From Dehalococcoidia bacterium (GTDB lineage Bacteria > Chloroflexota > Dehalococcoidia > Lucifugimonadales > JAAXIE01), in NCBI GenBank assembly GCA_965197805.1, contig OZ240229.1, positions 1,295,823 to 1,359,822 on the forward strand: 64,000 bases of DNA. Direction: 5' to 3'. The notes beneath the pieces are model-generated. The model was not told where the DNA came from. It worked only from the letters and a program-made list of their open reading frames with translations, and searched no databases. Within the stretch, counting starts at the first letter, position 1; each line of letters starts with the position of its first letter. Shown piece by piece: positions 27,483 to 37,106 of this stretch. A program made the translations under genes and the position numbers.

Positions 27483-28223
27483 ATGAGGGAGGACGAATTG
27501 TCGGGGAGCCGTGCGGGGGCCATCATAGCGGCCAAGGATGTTTACAAGACTTACGATGCGGGACGGGTGAAGGTACACGCCCTAAGGGGTGTGGACTTGG
27601 AGGTAACCCGCGGCGAGATGGTCGCCATCATGGGTCCCAGTGGCTGTGGGAAGACCACTCTCCTCAACTGCCTGTCGGGCCTCGATGAAATCGATTCGGG
27701 CAGCATCAGCATAGGCGGGGCTGATCTGGTGGGGATGAAGGACAACGAGAAGACGCGCTACCGTGCCACCCGCATGGGCTACGTCTTCCAGTCATTCAAC
27801 CTGCTGCCGGTGCTCACCGTGATGGAGAATGTGGAGCTGCCCCTACTGGTGTCCCGCACAAAGTCTAGCCAAGCTAGGGAGAAGGCCGAGGCCTCCGTCG
27901 AGATGGTAGGCTTGAGCGAGTGGGCACGTCACTATCCCTCGGAGCTCTCCGGCGGACAGCAGCAACGGGTGGCCATCGCCCGTGCGTTGGTGAACGAGCC
28001 GGAAATCGTCTGGGCCGACGAACCCACAGGCAACTTGGATACTGAGAACTCCAAGGCCATCATGGACCTCCTCAGCCTGCTGAACCGCGAGAGCGAACAC
28101 ACCTTCGTCATCGTCACCCACTCCGATGAAGTGGCGGCCCGGGCCCACCGCCTCATCCGTATGCAGGACGGCCAGATCGCAAGCGACGCCCGAGTGACAG
28201 CAAACCCCGCGGCCACGGCTTAG
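27483..28223 (+). CDS. ABC transporter ATP-binding protein (MacB/LolD-like)
   Basis: 'GPSGCGKTTLLN', 'LSGGQQQRVAIARAL' and 'VWADEPTGNLD'. ATG at 27483; the track ORF starts at 27312. Confidence 0.9.
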   Translation: MREDELSGSRAGAIIAAKDVYKTYDAGRVKVHALRGVDLEVTRGEMVAIMGPSGCGKTTLLNCLSGLDEIDSGSISIGGADLVGMKDNEKTRYRATRMGYVFQSFNLLPVLTVMENVELPLLVSRTKSSQAREKAEASVEMVGLSEWARHYPSELSGGQQQRVAIARALVNEPEIVWADEPTGNLDTENSKAIMDLLSLLNRESEHTFVIVTHSDEVAARAHRLIRMQDGQIASDARVTANPAATA

Positions 28224-28225
28224 CC

Positions 28226-31200
28226 ATGGATGAGCTTTTCAGCGCTCCTGTAAGCAGCATAGCCTTCGTGCTGGCCATCGCCTTTGCCTTCGTGGTGGCG
28301 GCCCTGCTCTACATTTTCATTCGTGACAACGTGCTGGTGCGCATGGCCCTGCGCAACGTAGTCAGACGTCCGCTGCGTGGTGTGCTCGTTGTGGTAGGGC
28401 TGATGCTGGCCACTGCCATTATCTCCAGTGCCTTCACCACCGGCGACTCCGTGACCCACAGCATCAAGCTCAACGCCACCGAGAGCCTGCGCTCTCTGGA
28501 TGAGGTGGTGCGCTTCGACGAGGACTCCGAGCTGTGGCAGGACCGCGCCCTGCCGGAAGAATTCGCCGAATCGGTGTACCAGGACATCGCGCCACAGCTG
28601 ACGGCGGCGACCGACATCATAGATGGCGCCGCGCCGATCTTGGCCCAGTCGACTGCTGTAATCAATCAAGGCTCCCGGCAGTTTGAGGTGGATGCCCTGC
28701 TTACCGGCTTGGAGCCGGCCAGCGCCGCCACCTTCGAGAGCCTTACCGACACCCAAGGCAACCCCGTCGACCTAGCGGCACTGGCCCCTGGAGAGGTGTA
28801 CCTCGATTCCGAAGGAGCCGACGCCCTCGAAGCCCAAGCAGGCGACACCATCGGCCTTGCTCTGGGGCCGGGTCTTCTGACCGACCTCCAGGTCAGGGCA
28901 GTCGTGGACGGCTGGTACTACAAACAGTCGACGACCAATGTCGTCGTCATGACCTCCTTGTCGCATGCCCAAGAGTTGCTGGGCAAGCCGGGACTCATCT
29001 CGACCATCCTGATATCCAACAAGGGCGACTACTTCGAGGGTGAGGCCCTGACTGACGATGTGGTGGATCGGTTCAACGAGTTGCCTGCTCTGAAGGAAGC
29101 CGGCCTTGAGCTGTTCGGAGTCAAGCAGGAAATTGTAGAGATCGCCAACGAGATCGGCAACATCTTCGTCTCCCTGTTCACAACCTTCGGCCTCTTCTCC
29201 ATCGGAGTGGGGCTGTTGCTGATATTCCTGATGTTCACCATGCTGGCAGCCGAGCGCAAAAGCGAGATGGGCATCGCCCGGGCTGTGGGCATGCAGCGCC
29301 GCCACTTGATACGCACCTTCATGGCGGAAGGGGCCTTCTACAGCTTGGGATCAGCCGTTGTCGGCACTCTCATCGGAGTGGGGTTGGGCTATCTGATTGT
29401 CGTCGTGGTAGGCGAGATATTCGGCTCCAGCGCCTCCACCGCTGATTTCAACTTCGATCCACACGTCGAGGCGACCTCGATGCTGGTATCCTTCTTCCTA
29501 GGCAGCGTCCTCACGTTCATCACCGTCATTTTTGCCTCGTGGCGCATCAGCAAGCTGAACATCGTCCGGGCTATTCGCGACATACCCGAACCCCGCTTTT
29601 CCCGCGCCAGCCGCGCCACCCTCTTTTGGGGGCTGGTCATCACCATCTTGGGAGTGGTCGTGCTCCTCCTCTCTTGGAATGCGGACCACCTGACAGGGTT
29701 CGGCATTGGCGTCTCAATGATACCCGTGGGCATTGCTCTTATCCTGCGATGGAGGGGTGTGGGGCAACGGTGGGTGCTCACCGGCACAGGCGTAGTCCTG
29801 CTGGTGTGGTGGCTGCTGCCAGCCAGCGTCACAGATAGCATGAAGGAGCAGTGGAACGAAGACCTCTCCATCTTCTTCGTGTCCGGTGCCCTGCTGGTCG
29901 CTGGGGCCGTGCTGGTGATCGTCAACAACTCGCCCATTGTTCTGCGTCTGTTGTCTGCCAGCTTGGGGCGGAGCATGTCGTTTGCCCCTATCGTCAAGTC
30001 GGCAGCCGCCTACCCTCTGCGCTATGGTTTTCGCACCGGCGTGTCTGTGGCAATGTTCGCGGTCGTCATCTTCTCCGTCACCGTCATGTCTATTCTTCTG
30101 GCAGGCTTCGACAAGCTGTGGGAGGACCAAGAGCGATTTGCTGGCAACTACAATGTGCTGGCCTTCGCGGGCAACGACCTGAACCCCATAGCGGACCTGT
30201 CGGCGCGGGTGGAAGCGGACCCCAATCTCACCATAATCGAGAGGGAGAACGGCCAGGCACAGGTTGGCACCTTCCGCACCGACTACCAATCCACCGCCCA
30301 CTTGTCTGCTACACCAGACGCCGAGAGCGATGACACAGTGTTGACCGGAGTGGACGACGACTTCGTGGCCTCCAGTGGCTTCCCCTTCTCCCTCACCACT
30401 GCCGAGTACGTCACCGAATCGGGCATCGACCACCAAGCCCTGTGGAACGACCTACGAGACGAGCCAAACTTGGCTGTGGTCAACGCATTGCTGGTTCCCA
30501 CCCGCAACGACTCTGCCTTCGCGCCTCCCTTCGACGGGTTCACTCTCGAAGGTGTCGAAGGCCTGTACATCGAAAACGATGTGATAGAACCTGTGCAGAT
30601 CACCGTTCAGCACCTGAAGAGCAACACCTCCTTCGAGTTGACCATTGTGGGTGTGCTCGACGAGTTCGCCTCTCAGGGACAGATACTGCCCCCAGGCGTG
30701 TTCACATCTTCCAATACCTTGGGCGCAGTCCTGCCCGAGGATGTCACCGCCACTCAATTTTTCTTCAACACGGCCCCCGACGCGGCCGATGTCGACCAGC
30801 AGATTGAGGCGGCTTTGTTCGAACACGGGTTGCAGACCATAGACCTGCAGGAGGCCATCGCCGATGCCCAAGCGCAGCAGCGCGCTTTCTTCGACCTTGT
30901 GCTGGGCTTCATGACCTTAGGGCTGGTAGTGGGCATCGTTGCCTTGGGTGTTATCAGTGCTCGCGCCGTGGTGGAGAGACGACACGAGATCGGCGTGATG
31001 CGGGCCATCGGCTACTCGCGTGGAATGGTGCAACTCAACTTCCTCGGCGAGTCCTCTTTCATCGCCATACTGGGCATAGCTGTGGGCTTGGGCTTGGGGA
31101 TACTGACATCGGTGAACGTAGCTGCCGACATACGGACCGACGAGCCCTCCTTCCAGTTTGTTATACCTTGGGCGAAGGTCGTCCTCATCGCCGTGGGAGC

Positions 31201-31285
31201 CTATATCTTCTCCCTGCTGACCACCTTCCTCCCATCCCGGCAAGCCGCGGCCATAGCTCCGGCACAAGCCCTGCGCTACGAGTAA
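28226..31285 (+). CDS. FtsX/MacB-type ABC transporter permease (double FtsX-domain)
   Basis: 1019-aa ORF starting 2 nt after the ATPase gene. Two 4-TM blocks with large extracytoplasmic domains. 'ERKSEMGIARAVGMQRRHL' and 'RRHEIGVMRAIGYSRGMV' are FtsX motifs. Confidence 0.8.
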   Translation: MDELFSAPVSSIAFVLAIAFAFVVAALLYIFIRDNVLVRMALRNVVRRPLRGVLVVVGLMLATAIISSAFTTGDSVTHSIKLNATESLRSLDEVVRFDEDSELWQDRALPEEFAESVYQDIAPQLTAATDIIDGAAPILAQSTAVINQGSRQFEVDALLTGLEPASAATFESLTDTQGNPVDLAALAPGEVYLDSEGADALEAQAGDTIGLALGPGLLTDLQVRAVVDGWYYKQSTTNVVVMTSLSHAQELLGKPGLISTILISNKGDYFEGEALTDDVVDRFNELPALKEAGLELFGVKQEIVEIANEIGNIFVSLFTTFGLFSIGVGLLLIFLMFTMLAAERKSEMGIARAVGMQRRHLIRTFMAEGAFYSLGSAVVGTLIGVGLGYLIVVVVGEIFGSSASTADFNFDPHVEATSMLVSFFLGSVLTFITVIFASWRISKLNIVRAIRDIPEPRFSRASRATLFWGLVITILGVVVLLLSWNADHLTGFGIGVSMIPVGIALILRWRGVGQRWVLTGTGVVLLVWWLLPASVTDSMKEQWNEDLSIFFVSGALLVAGAVLVIVNNSPIVLRLLSASLGRSMSFAPIVKSAAAYPLRYGFRTGVSVAMFAVVIFSVTVMSILLAGFDKLWEDQERFAGNYNVLAFAGNDLNPIADLSARVEADPNLTIIERENGQAQVGTFRTDYQSTAHLSATPDAESDDTVLTGVDDDFVASSGFPFSLTTAEYVTESGIDHQALWNDLRDEPNLAVVNALLVPTRNDSAFAPPFDGFTLEGVEGLYIENDVIEPVQITVQHLKSNTSFELTIVGVLDEFASQGQILPPGVFTSSNTLGAVLPEDVTATQFFFNTAPDAADVDQQIEAALFEHGLQTIDLQEAIADAQAQQRAFFDLVLGFMTLGLVVGIVALGVISARAVVERRHEIGVMRAIGYSRGMVQLNFLGESSFIAILGIAVGLGLGILTSVNVAADIRTDEPSFQFVIPWAKVVLIAVGAYIFSLLTTFLPSRQAAAIAPAQALRYE

Positions 31286-31305
31286 GCTCCGCACCAGTGG
31301 GAGAA

Positions 31306-31346
31306 GTAAGAAGGGGCCAGCGTACTACACGTTGGCCCCTTCTTAC
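31306..31346. terminator. Strong hairpin between convergent genes (putative bidirectional terminator, no U-tract)
   Basis: Perfect 14-bp stem GTAAGAAGGGGCCA (31306-31319) / TGGCCCCTTCTTAC (31333-31346) with a 13-nt loop. It lies 20 nt after the permease stop. Confidence 0.5.
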
Positions 31347-31438
31347 CGGTGACCCGGGCTGGCGACCCACGCGGGCCGGATCAATGCATAACAACTACCG
31401 TACCCGCTGCCGCCACAAACTCTGTCATATAGATGCAG

Positions 31439-32755
31439 CTACCCGCTGGTTATTGCCGGTGTGCCTCGGAGCATGGGTGGGCGCTCGCGGATGAGCACCA
31501 CGAGGCCGGCGGCTAGCAGCAGAGCTAGGTTGGTGACGATCGCCATCTGGTAGCTGTCGTACTGATCGTAGAAGTAGCCTCCCAGAAAGGCCCCCAACCC
31601 TGAACCCAAGGGCATGACCGCGAACATCGTGCCGTAGATTGTCCCCATGTGGCCCACGCCGAAGCGGTCCGCGGTATAGGCTGCGGTGATGCCCACCACG
31701 GCGTTCCAGGAGATGCCCACCAGTATGACTCCTACCAGCAGTGCGGCTAGCCCCAGTGATGGGATGTGGAGGACAGATACGCCCATGGACAGCAGCACTA
31801 TGAAGAACCCCAAGCCGCGCAGGAGGTAGGAGAAGCTGAGGAATTTGCGTCGCCCGTACTTGTCGGAGATATGGCCGAAGACCACGGTGCCAATGATGGC
31901 CCATATGCCGATGAGGCTGAAGCAGGCGGCTGCTACCAGTCTAGGGTATCCCAAGTCTTGGAAGTAGGAGATGAAGTGAGCGTTCACGAAGCTCATGGAG
32001 TACCCTCAAACGAAATAGCCGAAGGTGAGCCTCCAGAAGAGTCCTGTGCCCAAGGCCTCGGTGAAGGTGGCGTCGCGCCCAAATAGCACCTCGGACGGGT
32101 CGGTCTTGCGAGGTGCCTGCTCTTGGTTCGCCTTCAGTGGCTCTAGGCCCATGTCTTGGGGCCTGTCACGCAGGAACAGCAGGCCCATAGGCAGCACAAT
32201 GGCAATGAGGAAGAGACCTAGGAACAGGTAGCCCTCGCGCCAACTGAAAAACTCCACGAAAGACGAGGAGGCTGGCACGAGGATGACCGCGCCGATGGAG
32301 CCTCCGCCGGTGAGAAGCCCTAGGGTCACGCCACGGCTGCGGTGGAACCAGGCACTGACAATCTTGGCCAAGGCCGAGCCGGAGCCTAGAGTGATGCCAA
32401 GGGCCATGGCAGAGAACACGACGTACAGCTGGGTCAGGTTGTTCACTTGGGTCAGCACCAGCAGCATGGCCCCCATGATTGCGACGCCACTCAACGCGAC
32501 CCACTTGGCGCTATAGCGGTCGGCTAGGTATCCGGTCAGCGGTCGCAACAGGCCCGACAGCATGAAGGTGGTGCCAAAGGCTAGTGAGAGGGTGGCCCTG
32601 CTCCAGCCGAAGTCCTCGGTCATGGGCTTCATGAAGACGCCAAAGGAGAACTGGCTGCCGATGACGCCGAAAGACACCAGCAGGCTGGCAGCAACGACGA
32701 ACCAGCCGAAGAAGATACGTCCCTCTGCTCGGTTGGCTATGAGCCTCGTGACCAT
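31439..32755 (-). pseudogene. MFS transporter interrupted by one in-frame TGA
   Basis: ORFs 32006-32755 and 31439-31996 share one frame. They are separated only by TGA (32008-32006) plus 3 sense codons. Read-through gives '...FGYFV-TGA-GYSMSFVNAHF...'. Confidence 0.7.
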
Positions 32756-32820
32756 GGCTAAGCAGGTCCTCCTCTCGGTACCAAGTCGTTCGGGGAGGTT
32801 AGGTCACGTAGAAGAGCCCA

Positions 32821-34092
32821 CTAAACATTGCTCCAGCGGTCGGCTGCCATCAGGTCGGACCAGCGCTGATAGAAGGCGCGATGATTGCTCTCGCAATAGC
32901 GGTTGTCGCCAGCCCAAGCCTTGAGTTCCTCATTGAATCCCTCGTGGCCCAAGCCCATCTGAAGGTTGACCGGAAGGCGACGGGAGACAACGCCACGGCA
33001 CGTCTGGGCGCACTCCTGCCAGTTGTCCATGTCGTCCTGCTCGAAGGTGCCCGAGGGGCTGAAGGTGCGGATGCAGTTGATGCGATGGGCCTCTTTGACC
33101 TCGGGCGGGGCATTCTTATCGACGAAACCCCACATCCATATCTCAATCTTGTCTGGCCCCTTGGGGTGCCACACCCGGAAGTGGTTGGAGGTGGCGCGGG
33201 TCACCGAGAAGTTGGGGAAAACCGTGGCTACGATGGGGTCGACAAGCTCGGTCCGGGGCCCCAGCAGGCGTATGGATTCCGGGCGAATCTGCTGCTCCCA
33301 AGTCCGTATGTGGTCGACGGGCGGGCTGGTGAGCTCGCCAGGGGCGTTGCACTGCACACCGTGGCCGTTGCCAGGCGTCACCGGCCTCCCGTAGCCGGTG
33401 GATTGGCCCGCCTGGGCCTCGCTGAAACCTGCCCGCATGGCCGAGGTATGAGTCCATTGCACATGGTACGAGTCGCCGCCAAAGCTCTCAGCAGGGAGTT
33501 TCCAGTTGGTGTTGAGCGTCCAGCGATATATACCGCCGATAACCTCGGAGCCACCCTCGGCGCGGTTGAAGAAGCTGTCGAGGTACCACGTCATCTCGCC
33601 GAGGTAGTCTAGCAGAGGCGGTGCTTCGGGATCGAAAGTGGCGAAGTAGAGGCCACGATAGTTGTCGATCTGGGCAACAGGCATCAGGCCCCACTTGGAG
33701 GTGTCCAGCTCGTCGTAGTACGCCTCCTTGAGGCTCGGTACGGCGATCAGCTTGCCGTCGTTGCCGTAAGTCCAGCCATGGTACGCGCACACGAAGGCGG
33801 AGGCGTTGCCCGAGTCCGCCCGACAGACACGGTTGCCACGGTGACGGCAGACATTGAGGAAGGCGTTGATCTTGCCCTTGGAGTCGCGGGTGACCAGCAC
33901 CGGGTCTTCGCCCATGTAGGTGGAGAGGAAATCGCCCGGGTTGGGCAACTGGCTCTCATGGCAGAGGAAGAGCCAGCAGCGGGCGAAGATGCGCTCCATC
34001 TCTTGCTGGTATATGTCCGGCTCAATGTAGATGCGCCGGCTGACCAGGCCTTGGGCGGAATCGACCAAGCCTCGAACGTCTGTTGTCACCAT
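32821..34092 (-). CDS. Rieske [2Fe-2S] aromatic ring-hydroxylating oxygenase, alpha subunit
   Basis: 'CRHRGNRVC...CAYHGWTY' Rieske motif and a C-terminal catalytic domain. Confidence 0.85.
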   Translation of the reverse strand: MVTTDVRGLVDSAQGLVSRRIYIEPDIYQQEMERIFARCWLFLCHESQLPNPGDFLSTYMGEDPVLVTRDSKGKINAFLNVCRHRGNRVCRADSGNASAFVCAYHGWTYGNDGKLIAVPSLKEAYYDELDTSKWGLMPVAQIDNYRGLYFATFDPEAPPLLDYLGEMTWYLDSFFNRAEGGSEVIGGIYRWTLNTNWKLPAESFGGDSYHVQWTHTSAMRAGFSEAQAGQSTGYGRPVTPGNGHGVQCNAPGELTSPPVDHIRTWEQQIRPESIRLLGPRTELVDPIVATVFPNFSVTRATSNHFRVWHPKGPDKIEIWMWGFVDKNAPPEVKEAHRINCIRTFSPSGTFEQDDMDNWQECAQTCRGVVSRRLPVNLQMGLGHEGFNEELKAWAGDNRYCESNHRAFYQRWSDLMAADRWSNV

Positions 34093-34181
34093 GCACCTCC
34101 TGCTGTTGCCTGCTCCCCAATTGGAGGTCTTCGGAAAGTCGCCGTGATACCAGTGTTCGCGGGTATCCAGCCCCGTCGGCC

Positions 34182-35282
34182 CTAGGACAGATGCTTTATG
34201 GTGGAATCGAAGTCCTTGAGTGCGGGGATGACTTCGGTGCCAAAGAGGCGAATGGAGCGCATCAGGTCCTCTTCCGGCAGGTGCCCAATGTTGAACTCCC
34301 CACAGTAGACATTGAACAGGCCAGTCGCCGAGGCGTCGTGTAACTTCTCCGCTACGGTCTGAGGGGAGCCGACAAACACCAAGGTGTTCTTATGCAGGTA
34401 ATCAAAGTCGTACCACTTGAGACGGTCTGACTGGTCTTCATTGAAGCCCTCAGTCACCTGCTGAGTCCCTGCTTGGTAGTACTCCACCTCATTGCTCTCG
34501 CTGACGCCCATGGCCCGGCCATAGATGGTCCGCATGCTGTGCAGCAGGTGGGGTGCCGCGGTCTCCGCCGCCTTCTCGTCGGTCTCGTCGACATACACAA
34601 AGGCGACATAAGCAACGTTGGGGTTGTAAGGGTGGTCGTACTGCTGCCACATGCGCAGGTACTCGGCAACGCTGGGCGCCGCCTCCTCGCGCCTTCGGAA
34701 GAAGACATACCCGGTATGCGCCCCCTCTTGGGCCGCTGCCTGCAACTGGGTAGGGGACATGGAAAGGAGCCAGATAGGAGGGTGCGGCTGCTGCAACGGC
34801 TCCACCGCCAAGGGTACGTTGTGGTACTGGTGGTGAGGCCCCTCGAAGGTGAAAGGCCGGTCGCCGCTGGTGAAAGCCTTGCGCAGCAACTGCATCGCCT
34901 CCGTGGCCACCGAATGCCTTTCGTCCCAATCACCACCGTAGATGCGAAACTCTTCGGGTGTCACTCCGGTGGTGAGGCCTACCTCCAAGCGCCCGTGGGT
35001 GATGTTGTCCAGCAGGGCAACCTCTTCCACCAGTCGGATGGGGTTGTAGAGGCCGACGGTGTACCCCATGGGGCCAAGGCGGAGCCTCTTGGTGCGGGCC
35101 GCCGCTCCTGTGCAGTAGGTAGAGGACGTGGGACGCAGACGGCTGAAGTGATGCACGGAGGAGAAGCCGTAGTCGAAATTCACCTGATCGGCCAACTCGA
35201 GTTCGCGCCACATCTGGTCGTAGCGATCGGCTGCTGTTTCGCCCTCCCGGGGGAACGTCTGGGTGAAATGGGCGAATTTCAC
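34182..35282 (-). CDS. Luciferase-like (LLM) flavin-dependent oxidoreductase
   Basis: 366-aa ORF with '[10 protein letters not shown]...' and '[10 protein letters not shown]', the typical LLM TIM-barrel pattern. Confidence 0.75.
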   Translation of the reverse strand: MKFAHFTQTFPREGETAADRYDQMWRELELADQVNFDYGFSSVHHFSRLRPTSSTYCTGAAARTKRLRLGPMGYTVGLYNPIRLVEEVALLDNITHGRLEVGLTTGVTPEEFRIYGGDWDERHSVATEAMQLLRKAFTSGDRPFTFEGPHHQYHNVPLAVEPLQQPHPPIWLLSMSPTQLQAAAQEGAHTGYVFFRRREEAAPSVAEYLRMWQQYDHPYNPNVAYVAFVYVDETDEKAAETAAPHLLHSMRTIYGRAMGVSESNEVEYYQAGTQQVTEGFNEDQSDRLKWYDFDYLHKNTLVFVGSPQTVAEKLHDASATGLFNVYCGEFNIGHLPEEDLMRSIRLFGTEVIPALKDFDSTIKHLS

Positions 35283-35342
35283 CGGAACACCTCCTCGTGC
35301 GCTATCGCCCGGCCGACTATCTTATTGTTCCGTTGTGCTTGA

Positions 35343-36626
35343 CTAAACGTCGCGCCAACTCTCGGCGCCCATAAGGTCGGCCCAGCGCTGGTAGAAAGCA
35401 CGGTGGTTTTCTTCCGTCCACCGGTGATCGCTCTGCCATGCCTTGAGCTCTTCGCTGAAGCTCCCATGTCCCATACCCATCTGGTTGTTGATGGGAACCC
35501 GCCTCGACATGACCCCACGGCATGTGTTGGTGCACTCCTGCCAGTTGTCCATGTCGTCCTGCTCGAAGGTACCGGAGGGTCCGAAGCCACGGGCGCCCAC
35601 CTGCCGGATGGCGGCTTTGACCTCGGGCGGGGCCTTCTTGTCAGCGCAGGCCCAAGACCAGATTTCCACCTTGTCCGGCCCACGGGGATGCCAGACCCTG
35701 AGCAGGCGCGAGGCGGTGCGCAGCATGGAGAAGTTGGGGAACAGCGTCCCCGATATGGGCTTCACCAAGTCCATGCGCGGCCCCAAGCGTTCTCGCACCT
35801 CGTCGCGCACCGCGTCCTCGTACTCCCGCACCGGCGTCTGGGGCGGGTCAGAGTCGGAGTTGGGTTCGTGGCAGATTATGCAGTGGCCTCCGCGTCCATC
35901 ACCCCAAGGCACGCTGAGCATGCTGCCCTTGCCTTCGGGTGTTGCAGAAGGGGAGTTGGAGAAGTTGGCCATCACGGCGGAAAGATGGGTCCACTGGATG
36001 TGATAGGAGTCGCCAGCAAAGTTCTCGGCCCCAAATTTCCAGTTGCAGGGCACAATCCATCGTTGCGGCGCTCCCAATACCTCGACACCACCCTCGCGCC
36101 GGTCGAAGAAGAAATCGAGGTACCAGGTCATCTCACCGAGGTACTCAAGCAGTGAGGGTGCAGAAGAGTCGAAGGTCCCGAAGTAGAGGCCCTTGTAGGA
36201 GTCGATTTGGGCCACCGGAGCGAGGCCCCACTTGCTGGTGTCCAGTTCGTTGTAGTAAGCCTCTTTGAGGCTGGGCACAGCAATCAGCTTGCCGTCGGTG
36301 CCATAGGTCCAGCCGTGGTAGGCGCAAACAAAGGAGGAGGCGTTACCGGCATCAGCCCGGCAGACGCGGTTGCCGCGGTGACGGCATACGTTCAGAAACG
36401 CGCCAACGCTCCCGTCGGTATGGCGCACCACCAGCACCGGGTCCTCACCCATGTAGGTGGAGAAGAAATCGCCGGGATTGGGTATCTGGCTTTCGTGACA
36501 GAGGAAGAGCCAGCAGCGGGCGAAAATTTGCTCCAGTTCCTGCTTGTAAAGCTCGGGCTCGATGAAGATTTGCTTGTTGAGCATCCCGCGGTCGGTATCA
36601 ACCAAGCCACGCACGTCAGTTGCCAT
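35343..36626 (-). CDS. Rieske oxygenase alpha subunit (tandem-duplicate copy 1)
   Basis: '[17 protein letters not shown]'. ATG at 36626 follows GAGGAGG and aligns with the copy 2 start 'MATD(V/L)RGLVDTDRGM'. The ORF stays open 42 more codons to 36752. Confidence 0.85.
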   Translation of the reverse strand: MATDVRGLVDTDRGMLNKQIFIEPELYKQELEQIFARCWLFLCHESQIPNPGDFFSTYMGEDPVLVVRHTDGSVGAFLNVCRHRGNRVCRADAGNASSFVCAYHGWTYGTDGKLIAVPSLKEAYYNELDTSKWGLAPVAQIDSYKGLYFGTFDSSAPSLLEYLGEMTWYLDFFFDRREGGVEVLGAPQRWIVPCNWKFGAENFAGDSYHIQWTHLSAVMANFSNSPSATPEGKGSMLSVPWGDGRGGHCIICHEPNSDSDPPQTPVREYEDAVRDEVRERLGPRMDLVKPISGTLFPNFSMLRTASRLLRVWHPRGPDKVEIWSWACADKKAPPEVKAAIRQVGARGFGPSGTFEQDDMDNWQECTNTCRGVMSRRVPINNQMGMGHGSFSEELKAWQSDHRWTEENHRAFYQRWADLMGAESWRDV

Positions 36627-36800
36627 TCGCGCCTCCTCAAAAGGCCCACGAGAGTCAATCTCCAGGGAGCCCCGCCTGTGGTTGTCCAAGTTATGGGTGC
36701 CCAAGTATCGCACGCCACCACGGGGCGGGCAAGCAAGAGTCCATTTCGCCATGACATTCTCGTGTTGACGTATTGTCGTCCTCTGCCATACGCTTGATGT

Positions 36801-36888
36801 GCATAGACCCTTGATGTGGTCCGGTAAAGAAACGGCTGGGGACTGGCCCCTGTGGAGAATGGACAGGCGGTCCTCCCCAGCTTTTTTT
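36801..36888 (+). ncRNA. Candidate small RNA antisense to the 5' region of the Rieske gene (copy 1)
   Basis: TTGACG (36765-36770), N18, TACGCT (36789-36794). About 85 nt downstream is a hairpin GCTGGGGA (36835-36842) / TCCCCAGC (36874-36881) followed by T7 (36882-36888). The sequence is almost identical in copy 2. Confidence 0.3.
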
Positions 36889-37106
36889 GTTCAGGCAACT
36901 TAGTAATTTGGAGCGCTTAACCGTGACTAGCAACTCAACCCTGCCCGGGAATTCTACTAACGAAGAACACCCCCGCATCAAGGGCGGGCCTAGTTCCGCC
37001 GCGGCGACCTCGTCAAGCTGACCCCAACCTGTCGTCCGTCAATCTGGACTATCGGGGGCCTATTACGGACCCGTCACGCACAACAGTGGCCCTGCCATTC
37101 GGGATT

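Noticed and set aside
32006-32008. Genome-wide TGA recoding (code 4/25), or confident selenocysteine
   Set aside because: TGA terminates other well-supported genes here, e.g. mcrB and the Phd/YefM-type antitoxin. I see no convincing SECIS-like hairpin and no sel genes in the window. It is kept only as an open alternative in the finding.
36691-36981. ORFs beginning 'MHIKRMAEDDNTSTRECHG' present in both duplication copies (also 38362-38556)
   Set aside because: Their similarity is only the shared nucleotide block. Downstream the two translations diverge completely and have different lengths, so the conservation is at the DNA/RNA level.
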